A stretch of 64,000 bases of DNA from Acidimicrobiia bacterium (GCA_035468285.1 DATISY010000071.1:39697-103696), one strand, 5' to 3'; shown: positions 30,176 through 39,554, counted from the stretch's first letter. Made by a program: numbers and translations. The notes: a model not told the origin generated them from the letters alone.

Positions 30176-31054
30176 TCACAGTTCGCTTGCGGGGCCGACG
30201 AAGTCGTCACCCAGCTTGGCGATCGCGTCCCGTGCGCCGGGCGCGTCGAGCGCGAAACCGGTGAGGACCAGCTGGTCGACGCCGGCGTCCCGATAGGCGG
30301 GTAGGTGGGACGGTTGCACCGGCTGCATGTAGGCGCCGATCGTCACGTCGATCTCGGACCGGCCTCGCCCGGCGTCGGCGAGGTGCTTCTCGAGCTGGCG
30401 GACCGACGCGGCCGCGGAGTCCGGCAGGTGGTTGAAGCCGTGCCAGCCGTCGCCTTGGGTCGCGACGCGGCGGAACGCGGCGTGGGTCTCCCCTCCGAAG
30501 TAGATCGGCGGGTGGGGCCGTTGCACCGGCTTGGGGTACATCCGGCAGGGAGGCAGCGCGTAGTGGGCGCCGTCGTAGCGGGACACCTCGTCCCGCCAGC
30601 AGGTCTTCATGACCTCGACGTAGTCGCGGGTCCGCGCCGCCCGGTCCGGGAACGGCGCATGGAGGACTTCGAACTCCTCGCGGAGCCATCCGATCCCGAT
30701 CCCGAAGTCGACCCGGCCGCCGGACAGCCAGTCGACGTTCGCGACCTCTTTGGCCGTGTACACCGGGTTGCGTTGGGGCACGAGGCACACCGCGGTGCCG
30801 AGCCGCAGCCGGTCGGTGACCGCGGCGAGGTAGGTGAGAGTGCTGAAGAGCTCCAGCATGCCGTTGTCGGCGGGAAGACCCAACCGGCCGTCCTCGGCGT
30901 ACGGGTAGCTCGAGCGGTACTCGTCGAGGAACACGACGTGCTCGCCGAGCCAGATCGAATCGAACCCAGCCGCTTCGGCCGCTTCGGCGTAGGCCGTCAG
31001 GTACTCCGGTGTCGCGATCGGGGACACGCTGGGCAGGAACAGGCCGAGGCGCAC
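30176..31054 (-). CDS. LLM-class (probably F420-dependent) oxidoreductase
   Basis: MRLGLFLPSVSP...AGFDSIWLGEHVVF is the typical LLM N-terminus. 292 aa. It is the first gene of an LLM-cupin-CoA-transferase run on the minus strand. Confidence 0.85.
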   Translation of the reverse strand: MRLGLFLPSVSPIATPEYLTAYAEAAEAAGFDSIWLGEHVVFLDEYRSSYPYAEDGRLGLPADNGMLELFSTLTYLAAVTDRLRLGTAVCLVPQRNPVYTAKEVANVDWLSGGRVDFGIGIGWLREEFEVLHAPFPDRAARTRDYVEVMKTCWRDEVSRYDGAHYALPPCRMYPKPVQRPHPPIYFGGETHAAFRRVATQGDGWHGFNHLPDSAAASVRQLEKHLADAGRGRSEIDVTIGAYMQPVQPSHLPAYRDAGVDQLVLTGFALDAPGARDAIAKLGDDFVGPASEL

Positions 31055-31215
31055 GGGCGCTCCTAGCGCGAGGCCGACGGTGCCGGAACTGGCCGCGGGA
31101 GCATAGGGCGCACGGCCCGGGGGGTGCCGCTGATCGGCTCATCGCCGGCTCCGACGTGACGTGCCGTCCCGCCGGGCACTCGGAAGGACGGCTGAACACG
31201 TGGGACGATCGGGGA

Positions 31216-31647
31216 ATGGCGCGCGAGCTGAGCACCGCGGAGTACGAGGAGCTGCTCCGGTTCCGGACCGGCCTGCGGCGGTTCCTGCGATGGAGCGAAT
31301 CGGAGGCCGCAGCGGCTGGCCTCACCCCGGCGCAGCATCAACTCCTCTTGGCGGTCCGAGGCCACGTGGGCCAGACCGGGCCGACCATCGGCGACGTGGC
31401 GGACTCGCTGCTGTTGCGTCATCACAGCGTGGTGGGGCTGGTCGACCGCGCCGAAGCCGCGGGGCTGGTGCGCCGACGTGTCGACCCCGACGACGCCCGA
31501 GTCGTGCGCCTCGCGTTGACCCCGACGGGTTCGCGGCGCCTGGCGCGGCTCACCGACGCGCATCTCGACGAGCTGGCCGTGCTGGCCACCACGGTACGGT
31601 CGTTCTCGGACGTCCTCACCGAACGCGGGCACCTCCGCGACTCGTGA
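31216..31647 (+). CDS. MarR-family transcriptional regulator
   Basis: 143 aa from ATG 31216. Winged-helix region LTPAQHQLLLAVRGH...GPTIGDVADSLLLRHHSVVGLVDRAEAAGLVRR. It is divergent from the LLM-cupin-CoA-transferase run. Confidence 0.85.
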   Translation: MARELSTAEYEELLRFRTGLRRFLRWSESEAAAAGLTPAQHQLLLAVRGHVGQTGPTIGDVADSLLLRHHSVVGLVDRAEAAGLVRRRVDPDDARVVRLALTPTGSRRLARLTDAHLDELAVLATTVRSFSDVLTERGHLRDS

Positions 31648-31691
31648 GCGCCGAGGTGCCCGGCCCGGTCAGGCCGGAGCGGCGGGTCGGG

Positions 31692-32105
31692 TTACGCGCC
31701 GGTCCCCGGCGTGGTCGCGGGCGTGGTCGCTCCGTTCGAGCCGCTGTTGTTGCCGTTCGAGCCGTCGTTGCTGTTCGAGCCGTCGTTGCCGGTGGGGTCG
31801 CCGCCGCGGCCGGGCAGGTTGCGGCCAGCACCGGGACCGAACCCGGCGGGGCTCTGCCGGTCGCCACCGCGGGCGTCGATGGGCACGAGGCCGCCGTGGT
31901 GGTCCGACCCGGTCGCTCGCCCGATCGCGAATCCACCGCCGAGCAGCGCGAGCACGGCCACGGCCACGGCGGCCCACTTGGGGATGTGCACGCCGGTGCG
32001 AGCGGTCCGGGTCTCCTCGGTCGGCTCGCTGGGTCGCGCCTCGGCAGGCGGCGTCGCCGCCGCCGGCGGTGGGGCGGCGGGTGTCGGTTCGGTCTCGTCT
32101 GGCAT
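31692..32105 (-). CDS. Predicted single-pass membrane protein with a Pro-rich N-terminus and a Gly/Asn/Ser-rich repeat C-terminus
   Basis: ATG 32105 (MPDETEPTPAAPPP...), one TM (WAAVAVAVLALLGGGFAIG), and a tail GNDGSNSNDGSNGNNSGSNGATTPATTPGTGA. Three other frames are also open here, so the frame choice rests on the TM and repeat logic only. Confidence 0.45.
   Translation of the reverse strand: MPDETEPTPAAPPPAAATPPAEARPSEPTEETRTARTGVHIPKWAAVAVAVLALLGGGFAIGRATGSDHHGGLVPIDARGGDRQSPAGFGPGAGRNLPGRGGDPTGNDGSNSNDGSNGNNSGSNGATTPATTPGTGA
31708..31791. repeat. Short imperfect tandem repeats (12 bp x2; 18-21 bp x3)
   Basis: ggcgtggtcgcg/ggcgtggtcgct (31708-31731) is followed by ccgttcgagccgctgttgttg / ccgttcgagccgtcgttgctg / ttcgagccgtcgttgccg (31732-31791). 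These encode the TTPATTP and N/G/S repeats on the minus strand. Confidence 0.7.
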
Positions 32106-32176
32106 TGCCGGTCTCCTCTGCTGGGTGAGGGGAGCATGAGGCCTGCGACCTGAACGCCGACTGAGAGGGCTGCGCG

Positions 32177-33130
32177 ATGATCCCGGCCGTGCGTCACGCA
32201 AACCGGCCGTTGCGCTTCGGCGTGATCACGTCGCATGCACCCGACGGCTCGGCGTGGCGAGCGCGCGCGCAGCGAGCCGAGGCGTTGGGCTACTCGTCGC
32301 TGCTCATGCCCGACCATTTCCAGGACCAGTGGGCACCGATTGTCGGGCTCACCGTCGCGGCCGAGGCCACGACCACGCTTCGGGTCGGGACGCTCGTGTT
32401 CGACAACGACTATCGGCATCCGGTCGTCCTGGCCAAGGAGCTCGCAACCCTGGACCGGGCCACGGGCGGTCGCCTCGAGGTGGGGATCGGCGCGGAGTGG
32501 AAGCGGACCGACTACGACGAGGCGGGGATCCCGTATGACCGACCCGGCGTCCGCATCGAGCGCATGGCAGAGGCGCTGACCGTGATGCGGGCCCTGTGGG
32601 CATCCGAGGAACCGGTCGTCTTCGAGGGGACGCACTACCGGATTCAGGGCGCGGTGGGGACTCCCCGACCGACACAGGTTTCGCCGCCCGTCTGCATCGG
32701 CGGTGGTGGTCGGCGCATCCTGTCGCTCGCCGCGCGTGCCGCGGACATCGTCAGCGTGAACGTCACCCTCACCGCGGGTGAGCTCGGTGCGGGAGTCGCC
32801 GCGTCCGCGACGCCACAGGCGTTCGACGAGAAGATCGGCTGGATCCGTGACGCGGCCGGCGAACGGTTCGAGACGATCGAGTTGCAGTGCCACTGCCCGT
32901 TCGTCATGGTCACGGCGGACGCCACGAGCATCGCCGAGCGGATGGGAGCCGGGTTCGGGCTCTCGGCCACGGACGCGCTCGAGGTTCCGCTCACGTTGTT
33001 CGGGACCGTCGACGAGCTGTGCGACATGGTGGAGGCTCGACGCGAGCGCTACGGCTTCAGCTACTGGATCGTCCCGGACGACGCGATGGAGGCGTTCGGC
33101 CCGGTGGTGGCACGTCTCGCCGGCCGTTGA
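32177..33130 (+). CDS. LLM-class F420-dependent oxidoreductase
   Basis: RPLRFGVITS...ALGYSSLLMPDHF...LRVGTLVFDNDYRHPVVLAKELATLD fits the pattern of the F420-dependent LLM subfamilies. 317 aa. Confidence 0.85.
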   Translation: MIPAVRHANRPLRFGVITSHAPDGSAWRARAQRAEALGYSSLLMPDHFQDQWAPIVGLTVAAEATTTLRVGTLVFDNDYRHPVVLAKELATLDRATGGRLEVGIGAEWKRTDYDEAGIPYDRPGVRIERMAEALTVMRALWASEEPVVFEGTHYRIQGAVGTPRPTQVSPPVCIGGGGRRILSLAARAADIVSVNVTLTAGELGAGVAASATPQAFDEKIGWIRDAAGERFETIELQCHCPFVMVTADATSIAERMGAGFGLSATDALEVPLTLFGTVDELCDMVEARRERYGFSYWIVPDDAMEAFGPVVARLAGR

Positions 33131-33145
33131 ACGCGGCGAGGACGC

Positions 33146-34156
33146 TCAGGTCCGGAACCCCGCGAGGACGCCCTTCCAACGGTCGGGGTCGCTGCGGTAC
33201 GGGGCGTAGAAGCTGATGCGGTCGACGAGGTCGCCGTAACGCTCGAGCAGCCGCTTGGGGATGTCCTCGGGTGAGGCGACGACGGCGAACGCCTCGAGGA
33301 TGTCGTCGGTGATGAGATTGCCCATCTGGGTCCATTCGCCGCGTTTGGATGCCGCGTTCAGCTCGGTTTGGAGATCTCCCCACCCGTGGAGCTCGAGCAC
33401 GCCGCGGTACGCGGGCGTGGAACCGTAGAACGCGATCTGCTGCTTAGTGCCCTCCCGGGCCTGCTCCAGCTCCTCGTCGCTGGTGCCGGTGACCACGAAG
33501 AGGGGGCCGCACACCTCGAAGTCGGCGCGGGATCGTCCGCTCGTGGCGAACCCCCGCTCCAGGGCCGGCATCGTCACCTCCCGGACGTAGCGCTCCGTGG
33601 TGAAGCCGTGGAGGATGATTCCGTCCGCGACCTCGCCGGCCACCTCGGTCATGCGCTCACCGACCGCGGCGAGCTGAATCGTGGGCAACCCGTGCGGGTT
33701 CGGACCCGGATTGAAGAACGGGGTCATGAGCGTGTGGCGGTAGAACTCGCCCCGGAAGTCGAGGGGCACGCCCTCGTGCCATGTGGCCCAGATCGCCCGG
33801 ATCGCCAGGATCAGCTCCCGCATGCGGGGCGCGGGATGCGACCACGGCATCGAGAACCGCTTCTCGATGTGCGCCTTGATCTGACTGCCGAGCCCGAGCC
33901 GGAAACGGCCGCCCGAGAGGGCGTGGAGGTCATAGCTCAGGTTGGCGAGCGTCATCGGCGTCCGGGCGAACGCCACCGCGATCCCGGTGCCGAGCTCGAG
34001 GCGCTCGGTGTGCTCGGCCGCGATGACCAGGGGCAGGAAGGGGTCGTGGCTCGTCTCGGCGGTGAGGCCGCCGTCGTAGCCGACGTCTTCGAGCTCCCGG
34101 GCGACGCGAGCGACCTCCTCGGCCCCGAGGCCGCCCAACCCCCCGTCGATCTTCAT
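33146..34156 (-). CDS. LLM-class F420-dependent oxidoreductase
   Basis: MKIDGGLGG...VGYDGGLTAETSHDPFLPLVIAAEHTERLELGTGIAVAFARTPM is typical of this family. ATG 34156 chosen. Confidence 0.85.
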   Translation of the reverse strand: MKIDGGLGGLGAEEVARVARELEDVGYDGGLTAETSHDPFLPLVIAAEHTERLELGTGIAVAFARTPMTLANLSYDLHALSGGRFRLGLGSQIKAHIEKRFSMPWSHPAPRMRELILAIRAIWATWHEGVPLDFRGEFYRHTLMTPFFNPGPNPHGLPTIQLAAVGERMTEVAGEVADGIILHGFTTERYVREVTMPALERGFATSGRSRADFEVCGPLFVVTGTSDEELEQAREGTKQQIAFYGSTPAYRGVLELHGWGDLQTELNAASKRGEWTQMGNLITDDILEAFAVVASPEDIPKRLLERYGDLVDRISFYAPYRSDPDRWKGVLAGFRT

Positions 34157-34241
34157 GCCCGCGGAGCGTACCGGCACCGGCCCCGACGGGGCTCCGAGTG
34201 GTCCGCGGCCCCGTCACACCCCGGCGATACCCTCCGATCTG

Positions 34242-35069
34242 ATGGCTTCGTTGCCGTACGCCTTGTCCCCGAGTTCGATCGGGTCCTTCAAGGAATGCCC
34301 CCTCGCGTTCAAGTTCGCGTACGTCGAGCGGCTCCCCGAGCCCCCATCGGTGTGGACGGTCAAAGGGACCCTCGTGCACCTCGCGTTGCAGTACCTCCTC
34401 GACCGTCCTGGAGACGACCGGACACTCGACGCCGCGCTCGCCGACCTCGATCGGGCTCGGGTGGCGCTCGCGTCGGACCCCGAGTTCTCGGCCCTCGAGC
34501 TCGACGACGAGCAGCGCGCCGTGTTCGACCGGGACTGCGAGGAGCTCGTCCGTCGCTACTTCGACCTCGAAGATCCCCGCACCGTTCACCCGATCGGCTT
34601 GGAGCTTCGACTCGAGGCGCGCATCGGTGGTGTCCGGATCCGGGGCGTCATCGACCGGCTCGACCTCGTCGACGGCGGCCTGGTCGTGACCGACTACAAG
34701 ACCGGCTCGGTGCCGTCGGAGATGTTCGAATCCAAGAGCCTCGCCGGGGTCCACATGTACGCGGCGATGTGTGAGCAGACGTTCGGGAAGCGTCCCGAAC
34801 GGGTGCAGCTGCTCTACCTGTCCCGCCCCGAGGCGATCATCTCGACCACGAGCGAGCAGACCGGTCACGGTGTTGCTCGCCGTACCGCTGCGGTATGGAC
34901 CGCGGTCGAGCGGGCCTGCGCGCGTGACGACTTCCGGCCTCGGCCGAGTCGACTGTGTGACTTCTGCACGTTCCGCCCGTACTGCCCTGCCCACGGTGGC
35001 GATCCGACCGGCGCGGTGGCGCTGCGCGGGCCGGGGACGATGGTCGAGCCGGCGCTCCCACTCGGCTGA
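34242..35069 (+). CDS. PD-(D/E)XK (RecB/Cas4-like) nuclease family protein with a Cys cluster
   Basis: The nuclease core is GVIDRLD...VVTDYKTG. One N-terminal Cys (FKECPLAF) plus C-terminal CDFCTFRPYC give four Cys, as in Fe-S-containing RecB-family nucleases. ATG 34242. Confidence 0.8.
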   Translation: MASLPYALSPSSIGSFKECPLAFKFAYVERLPEPPSVWTVKGTLVHLALQYLLDRPGDDRTLDAALADLDRARVALASDPEFSALELDDEQRAVFDRDCEELVRRYFDLEDPRTVHPIGLELRLEARIGGVRIRGVIDRLDLVDGGLVVTDYKTGSVPSEMFESKSLAGVHMYAAMCEQTFGKRPERVQLLYLSRPEAIISTTSEQTGHGVARRTAAVWTAVERACARDDFRPRPSRLCDFCTFRPYCPAHGGDPTGAVALRGPGTMVEPALPLG

Positions 35070-35111
35070 CGTTCGAGGGCGGCGCGTACCTCACCGGTAT
35101 GCTCGCCGTCG

Positions 35112-35639
35112 ATGCCGGGTATGTCTGAGGCGGTCACCGCGTTCGACGAGCGCATCGAGAAGTGGTTGGCGTCCCGTCGCTCCGCTCCAGCGGATCACGT
35201 CATGTACGGCATCTCCAGCGCTGCCGACCACGCTCTGCTGTGGCTCGCGCTCGCCGGCGTCCGGACGGCCCGCACCGGCGACCTGCGCTGGGGCGGCCGG
35301 TTCCTCGCGGCGCTCGCCGGTGAATCCGCGGTGACCAACCTCGTGAAGCTAATGACCCGCCGGGTCCGGCCTCAAGAGCACTTCGAGAACACCGAACCGC
35401 TCCCGTACGGGATGCGCCGACCGATCACGTCGTCCTTCCCGTCGGGACATGCCGTGACCGCGTTCACCGCGGCGTCCGTGCTCGCCCGCGACAGCAAGGC
35501 CGCACCGATCTACTACGCGCTGGCCGCCACGATCGCGTCGAGTCGTGTGTACACGCGGATCCATCACGCGTCGGACGGGCTGGCCGGTGTCGCGCTCGGC
35601 CTCGCCCTCGGGCGGGTCGCGAGACGACTGGTACGGTGA
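35112..35639 (+). CDS. PAP2-family phosphatase
   Basis: All three PAP2 motifs are present: KLMTRRVRP, PSGH, and SRVYTRIHHASD. Confidence 0.85.
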   Translation: MPGMSEAVTAFDERIEKWLASRRSAPADHVMYGISSAADHALLWLALAGVRTARTGDLRWGGRFLAALAGESAVTNLVKLMTRRVRPQEHFENTEPLPYGMRRPITSSFPSGHAVTAFTAASVLARDSKAAPIYYALAATIASSRVYTRIHHASDGLAGVALGLALGRVARRLVR

Positions 35640-35660
35640 ATCCTCCGCTGAAGGAGGCCG

Positions 35661-36254
35661 GTGACCCGCATCATCTCGGTCACGTTCGATTACCGCTGCC
35701 CGTTCGCCCGGAACGCTAACGAGGCCGTGGCCGCCGCGGTGCGTTCCGGTGCCCTTCCGGGCACCGAATGGCGCTTCCTGGCGTTCTCGCTGGATCAGGC
35801 CCACCTCGAAGAAGGCGACCCACCCGTCTGGGAGCAGGCGCCGGAGGCGTGGGGGTCCGGGGTCCTCGCGCTCCTGTACGGGGTCGCGGTGCGCGACACG
35901 TTCCCCGACCAGTTCCTCGACACGCACGTCGCCCTGTTCGCCGCCCGCCACGACGAAGGCCGCCGGCTCGACGACGAAGCTGTCTTGCGCGACGTCGTCA
36001 CCTCGGTCGGTCTCGACGCCGACGCGGTCGCGGAGGAGGCATGGAGCGGCCGTCCGTTGAAGACGTTGCACACCGAGCACACCCAAGCCGTCGACGAGTG
36101 GGACGTCTTTGGGGTGCCGACGTTCATCGAAGGGGAGGAGGCCGTGTTCGTGCGCTTCATGGACCGAGGCCGTGTCGCTGACCTGGAGCGCATGATCGGT
36201 CTGCTCGACTGGACGAACTTAAACGAGTTCAAGCGCACCCGCCTCCCCCGGTGA
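35661..36254 (+). CDS. DsbA-like thioredoxin-fold protein
   Basis: N-terminal beta-strand plus FDYRCPFA (a single-Cys variant of the CxxC site), and C-terminal ...FGVPTFI..., typical of DsbA/HCCA-isomerase-like proteins. Confidence 0.65.
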   Translation: MTRIISVTFDYRCPFARNANEAVAAAVRSGALPGTEWRFLAFSLDQAHLEEGDPPVWEQAPEAWGSGVLALLYGVAVRDTFPDQFLDTHVALFAARHDEGRRLDDEAVLRDVVTSVGLDADAVAEEAWSGRPLKTLHTEHTQAVDEWDVFGVPTFIEGEEAVFVRFMDRGRVADLERMIGLLDWTNLNEFKRTRLPR

Positions 36255-36263
36255 GCCGCGACC

Positions 36264-36626
36264 TCAGCTGAGCGGCCGGCGGACGTCGGCCAGCTCGTCG
36301 AGGACCTCGAGCCACTCGGCGTGCCCCGGGTCGTGCCACGCCGGGTGGCGACACGACGTCGCCAGGTCCTGGACGTAGAGGTGCAGGGTCGGGGCCTCCT
36401 CGGCGAGCTCCGCGAGGTCGCGGGCGCTGGGGTCGATGGCGTCGCTCAGGAGGTCCGCGACCGCCACCGCGGCGATGACCCGGCTCCGACAACGTGGACA
36501 AGCCGAGACGGTGGCGCCGTCGAAGTCGTGGGTCATGGCCAGGAGCCGGGTGGCCTCGTCGACATCGAGCACGAGCTCCTCGCCGTCTTCGTCGAGAATC
36601 GCCAGGACGTCGTCGGTGGTCGGCAC
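36264..36626 (-). CDS. Hypothetical small acidic protein with CPRC and C..H motifs
   Basis: The C-terminal ~120 codons of tracked ORF 36264..37532 look protein-like (VPTTDDVLAILDEDGEELVLDVDEATRLLAMTHDFDGATVSACPRCRSRV...SCRHPAWHDPGHAEWLEVLDEL). The rest of that ORF is antisense to qor. The start is uncertain (GTG 36626 or the ATG at LLAM-THDF). Confidence 0.4.
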   Translation of the reverse strand: MPTTDDVLAILDEDGEELVLDVDEATRLLAMTHDFDGATVSACPRCRSRVIAAVAVADLLSDAIDPSARDLAELAEEAPTLHLYVQDLATSCRHPAWHDPGHAEWLEVLDELADVRRPLS

Positions 36627-36659
36627 GCGCAGGACGGTACCGCCCGGGCATGACGCCGC

Positions 36660-37643
36660 TTGCCGCCCTACGCTGCCCCGTTCGTGCACGCCGTGACCGT
36701 CGTCGATGGGGACCTTGTCTGGGGCGAGCACCCCGACCCCGTCCCCGGGAGCCAGGACCTGCTCGTGGCGGTACGGGGCGCCGGCCTCAACGGGGCCGAC
36801 ATGCTGCAACGCCGGGGCCTCTACGCGGCGCCGCCCGGGTCCCCAGCCGACATCCCCGGGATGGAGCTCGCCGGCGAGGTCCTGGCCGCGGGCCCGGCGT
36901 GCACCCGTTTCGGGCCTGGCGACCGGGTCATGGCTGTGGTCGGCGGAGGCGCCCAGGCCGAGCGGGTCGTCGTCCACGAGCGGACCGCGCTCCCCGTACC
37001 CGAGCGACTGTCCTGGCCCGAGGCAGGCGGGTTCCCGGAGGTGTTCACCACCGCGCACGACGCGCTCTTCACGCAGTGCGGCCTGACCATCGGCGAGCGG
37101 GTCTGCGTGCACGGCGCGGCCGGCGGTGTCGGCTTGGCCGGCGTGCAGCTCGGGGCGTGCGCCGGCGCGCGTGTCGTCGCCACGGTCCGGAACGAGGCCC
37201 GCCGCGCCGACGTCGCTCGGATCGGGCAGGCATCCGGGTCGGTCGCGGTGATCGCCCCCGACGTCTTCGTCGAGCACGGCCCGTACGACGTCGTCCTGGA
37301 GGTCATCGGTGCACCGAACCTTCCCGGTGACCTCGACGCGCTCGCGATCGGCGGGCGCATCGCGGTGATCGGAGTCGGCGCCGGGGCGCGCGCGGACGTG
37401 AACCTGCTCGCTCTCATGGGCACCCGTGGCCGGATCCACGGCTCGACGTTGCGGGCCCGTCCCCTGGAGCAGAAGGCGGACGCTGCGCAACGCGTCGACC
37501 ACGACGTGCTGCCCCTGGTCGAGGCGGGTCATGTCCAGATCCCTGTCGACGCCACCTACCCCATGGCCGACGCGACCGAGGCGTACGACCGGTTCGCGGC
37601 GGGCGGCAAGCTCGGCAAGATCGTGCTCGTCAACGACCGGTGA
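36660..37643 (+). CDS. NAD(P)H:quinone oxidoreductase-type MDR (zeta-crystallin/Qor-like)
   Basis: LLVAVRGAGLNGADMLQRRGLY...PGMELAGEV and the Rossmann motif VHGAAGGVGLAGVQL. No Zn-ligand Cys motif, consistent with the Qor subgroup. TTG 36660 or GTG 36684 start. Confidence 0.85.
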   Translation: MPPYAAPFVHAVTVVDGDLVWGEHPDPVPGSQDLLVAVRGAGLNGADMLQRRGLYAAPPGSPADIPGMELAGEVLAAGPACTRFGPGDRVMAVVGGGAQAERVVVHERTALPVPERLSWPEAGGFPEVFTTAHDALFTQCGLTIGERVCVHGAAGGVGLAGVQLGACAGARVVATVRNEARRADVARIGQASGSVAVIAPDVFVEHGPYDVVLEVIGAPNLPGDLDALAIGGRIAVIGVGAGARADVNLLALMGTRGRIHGSTLRARPLEQKADAAQRVDHDVLPLVEAGHVQIPVDATYPMADATEAYDRFAAGGKLGKIVLVNDR

Positions 37644-37646
37644 CCG

Positions 37647-38318
37647 CTAGTGCGGGATCAAGATGCTGATCCGGGGCGGTTCGATACCGGACTGCGTCGT
37701 GAAGGGCCGCTTCGCGTCGAGGCCGATCAGCCACACCATCACCGATTGGTTCGGGTCGGGGCTCGGCTGCGGGAACGTGTCCAGCAGCTGGACGATCAGG
37801 GTGTGCTGGATGCCGGGAGGGAGCTGGAGGCGCAGGTTCCCCCGGTAGGTCTGGCCCGAGCCGCCCCGGCGGACATCGGTCCCCGACGCGGGGGCGAGGA
37901 TGACCTCCAAGATGGCGTGCACGCCGGTCAACGACTCGGCCGCCGTCCGGTTGAGACCGGGGGCGAACGGCGGCTGCTTGTACTCGACGGTGTAGCTCGG
38001 CGGGAACACCTTCGGCGCCACGTTGGGCGGCAGGTTGGTGGCATCGCCCGGGTCGAACACGAACGTGATCTCGTCGTAACAGACCGTGGGTTGGGTGGTG
38101 GCGCCGTTCAGGTACTCGGTGCGGTCGACGCGCGGCGCGACCTTCCGGGTGAGGGTGCTCCCCGTCACAAACTGGCAGCCGGGGCCGCCGCTGTTCACCG
38201 CGCGGTTCTGGCGCTTCGACGCGCTGGCGCCTGAGCCGCCCCCGCCACCGGAGCACGCGGCGGCGACGATGGTCAACGTGGAGACGAGCGCGACGAACCG
38301 CAACCGAGGAGAGCCCAT
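37647..38318 (-). CDS. Putative lipoprotein of unknown function
   Basis: Signal peptide with lipobox (LVSTLTIVAAAC-SGGGGGSG). 223 aa. I did not recognise a catalytic motif. Confidence 0.7.
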   Translation of the reverse strand: MGSPRLRFVALVSTLTIVAAACSGGGGGSGASASKRQNRAVNSGGPGCQFVTGSTLTRKVAPRVDRTEYLNGATTQPTVCYDEITFVFDPGDATNLPPNVAPKVFPPSYTVEYKQPPFAPGLNRTAAESLTGVHAILEVILAPASGTDVRRGGSGQTYRGNLRLQLPPGIQHTLIVQLLDTFPQPSPDPNQSVMVWLIGLDAKRPFTTQSGIEPPRISILIPH

Positions 38319-38353
38319 TCAGGCCGACGGTAGCGCCCGATACGATCGGTGGC

Positions 38354-39544
38354 ATGGCAGCACGTCCTGACACCGAGGTCGTCATCGTCGAAGCGGTCCG
38401 CACCCCGCTCGGCAAACGCAACGGCGGGTTGGCAACCGTCCATCCGGCGGACCTCCTTGGCGCGGTGCAGCGCGCCGCCATCGACCGGTCGGGCATCGAT
38501 CCGGCCGCGGTCGGGCAGGTCATCGCGGGGTGTGTCTCGCAGACCGGCGAGCAGACCTTCGACATCGCCCGGACCGCGTGGCTGAGCGCCGGGCTGCCGA
38601 TGGAGGTGGCGGGGACGACGGTCGACGCGCAGTGCGGCTCGTCCCAGCAGGCCACGAACCTCGGCGCGGCGCTGATCGGCGCCGGTGTCGTCGACGTTGT
38701 GCTGGCAGGCGGCGTGGAATCCATGAGCCGTGTGCCGCTCGGCACGGCGGTCTCCCAAGGTCCGGGGCGGCCCCTCCCCAAGCCGTACTTCGAGCGGTTC
38801 GAGCTGACGTCCCAGTTCGAGGGAGCGCAGCGCATCGCGGACAAGTGGAGTGTCAGCCGGGAGGACTGCGACCGGTTCGGGCTGCAGTCCCAGCAGCGGG
38901 CTCACGCGGCGTGGGCCGAGGGTCGCTTCGAGCGCGAAGTGCTTCCCGTCGACGCGCCGGACCGGGGTGAGGACGGCAAGCCCGCCGCGACGACCCACCG
39001 GGTCGAGCGCGACGAGGGGCTGCGGGAGACGTCGCTGGAGGCACTGGCGGCGCTGAAGCCCGTGGCGAGAGAAGACGGGGTCCATACCGCGGGTTCCTCG
39101 TCCCAGATCACCGACGGCGCGGCCGCGGTCCTCTTGACGTCGGCGGCGCGAGCCGAGGAGCTCGGGTTGCGGCCCCGCGCCCGGATCGTCGACCAGTGTC
39201 TCGTCGGCGTCGACCCCGTGTTGATGCTGACCGGCCCGATCGACGCCACCCGCCGGCTCTTCGACCGCACCGGGCTGACCATGGGCGACCTCGACACGAT
39301 CGAGATCAACGAGGCGTTCGCGTCCGTCGTGCTCGCCTGGGCGAAGGAGGTCCAGCCGAACATGGATCTCGTCAACCCCAACGGGGGCGCCATCGCCATC
39401 GGTCATCCGGTCGGGGCCACCGGGGCGCGGCTCGTGACCACCGCGCTGCACGAGCTCGAGCGCACCGATGGCCGGTACGGGCTCATCACCATGTGCTGCG
39501 GTGGCGGGCTCGGCACGGGGACGATCATCGAGCGGCTCGCGTAG
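38354..39544 (+). CDS. Acetyl-CoA C-acyltransferase (degradative thiolase)
   Basis: VVIVEAVRTPLGKRNGGL, nucleophile region TVDAQCGSSQQA, NEAFASV, and C-terminal MCCGGGLG. Classical thiolase I/II motifs. Confidence 0.9.
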   Translation: MAARPDTEVVIVEAVRTPLGKRNGGLATVHPADLLGAVQRAAIDRSGIDPAAVGQVIAGCVSQTGEQTFDIARTAWLSAGLPMEVAGTTVDAQCGSSQQATNLGAALIGAGVVDVVLAGGVESMSRVPLGTAVSQGPGRPLPKPYFERFELTSQFEGAQRIADKWSVSREDCDRFGLQSQQRAHAAWAEGRFEREVLPVDAPDRGEDGKPAATTHRVERDEGLRETSLEALAALKPVAREDGVHTAGSSSQITDGAAAVLLTSAARAEELGLRPRARIVDQCLVGVDPVLMLTGPIDATRRLFDRTGLTMGDLDTIEINEAFASVVLAWAKEVQPNMDLVNPNGGAIAIGHPVGATGARLVTTALHELERTDGRYGLITMCCGGGLGTGTIIERLA

Positions 39545-39554
39545 CCTCAGGGCC

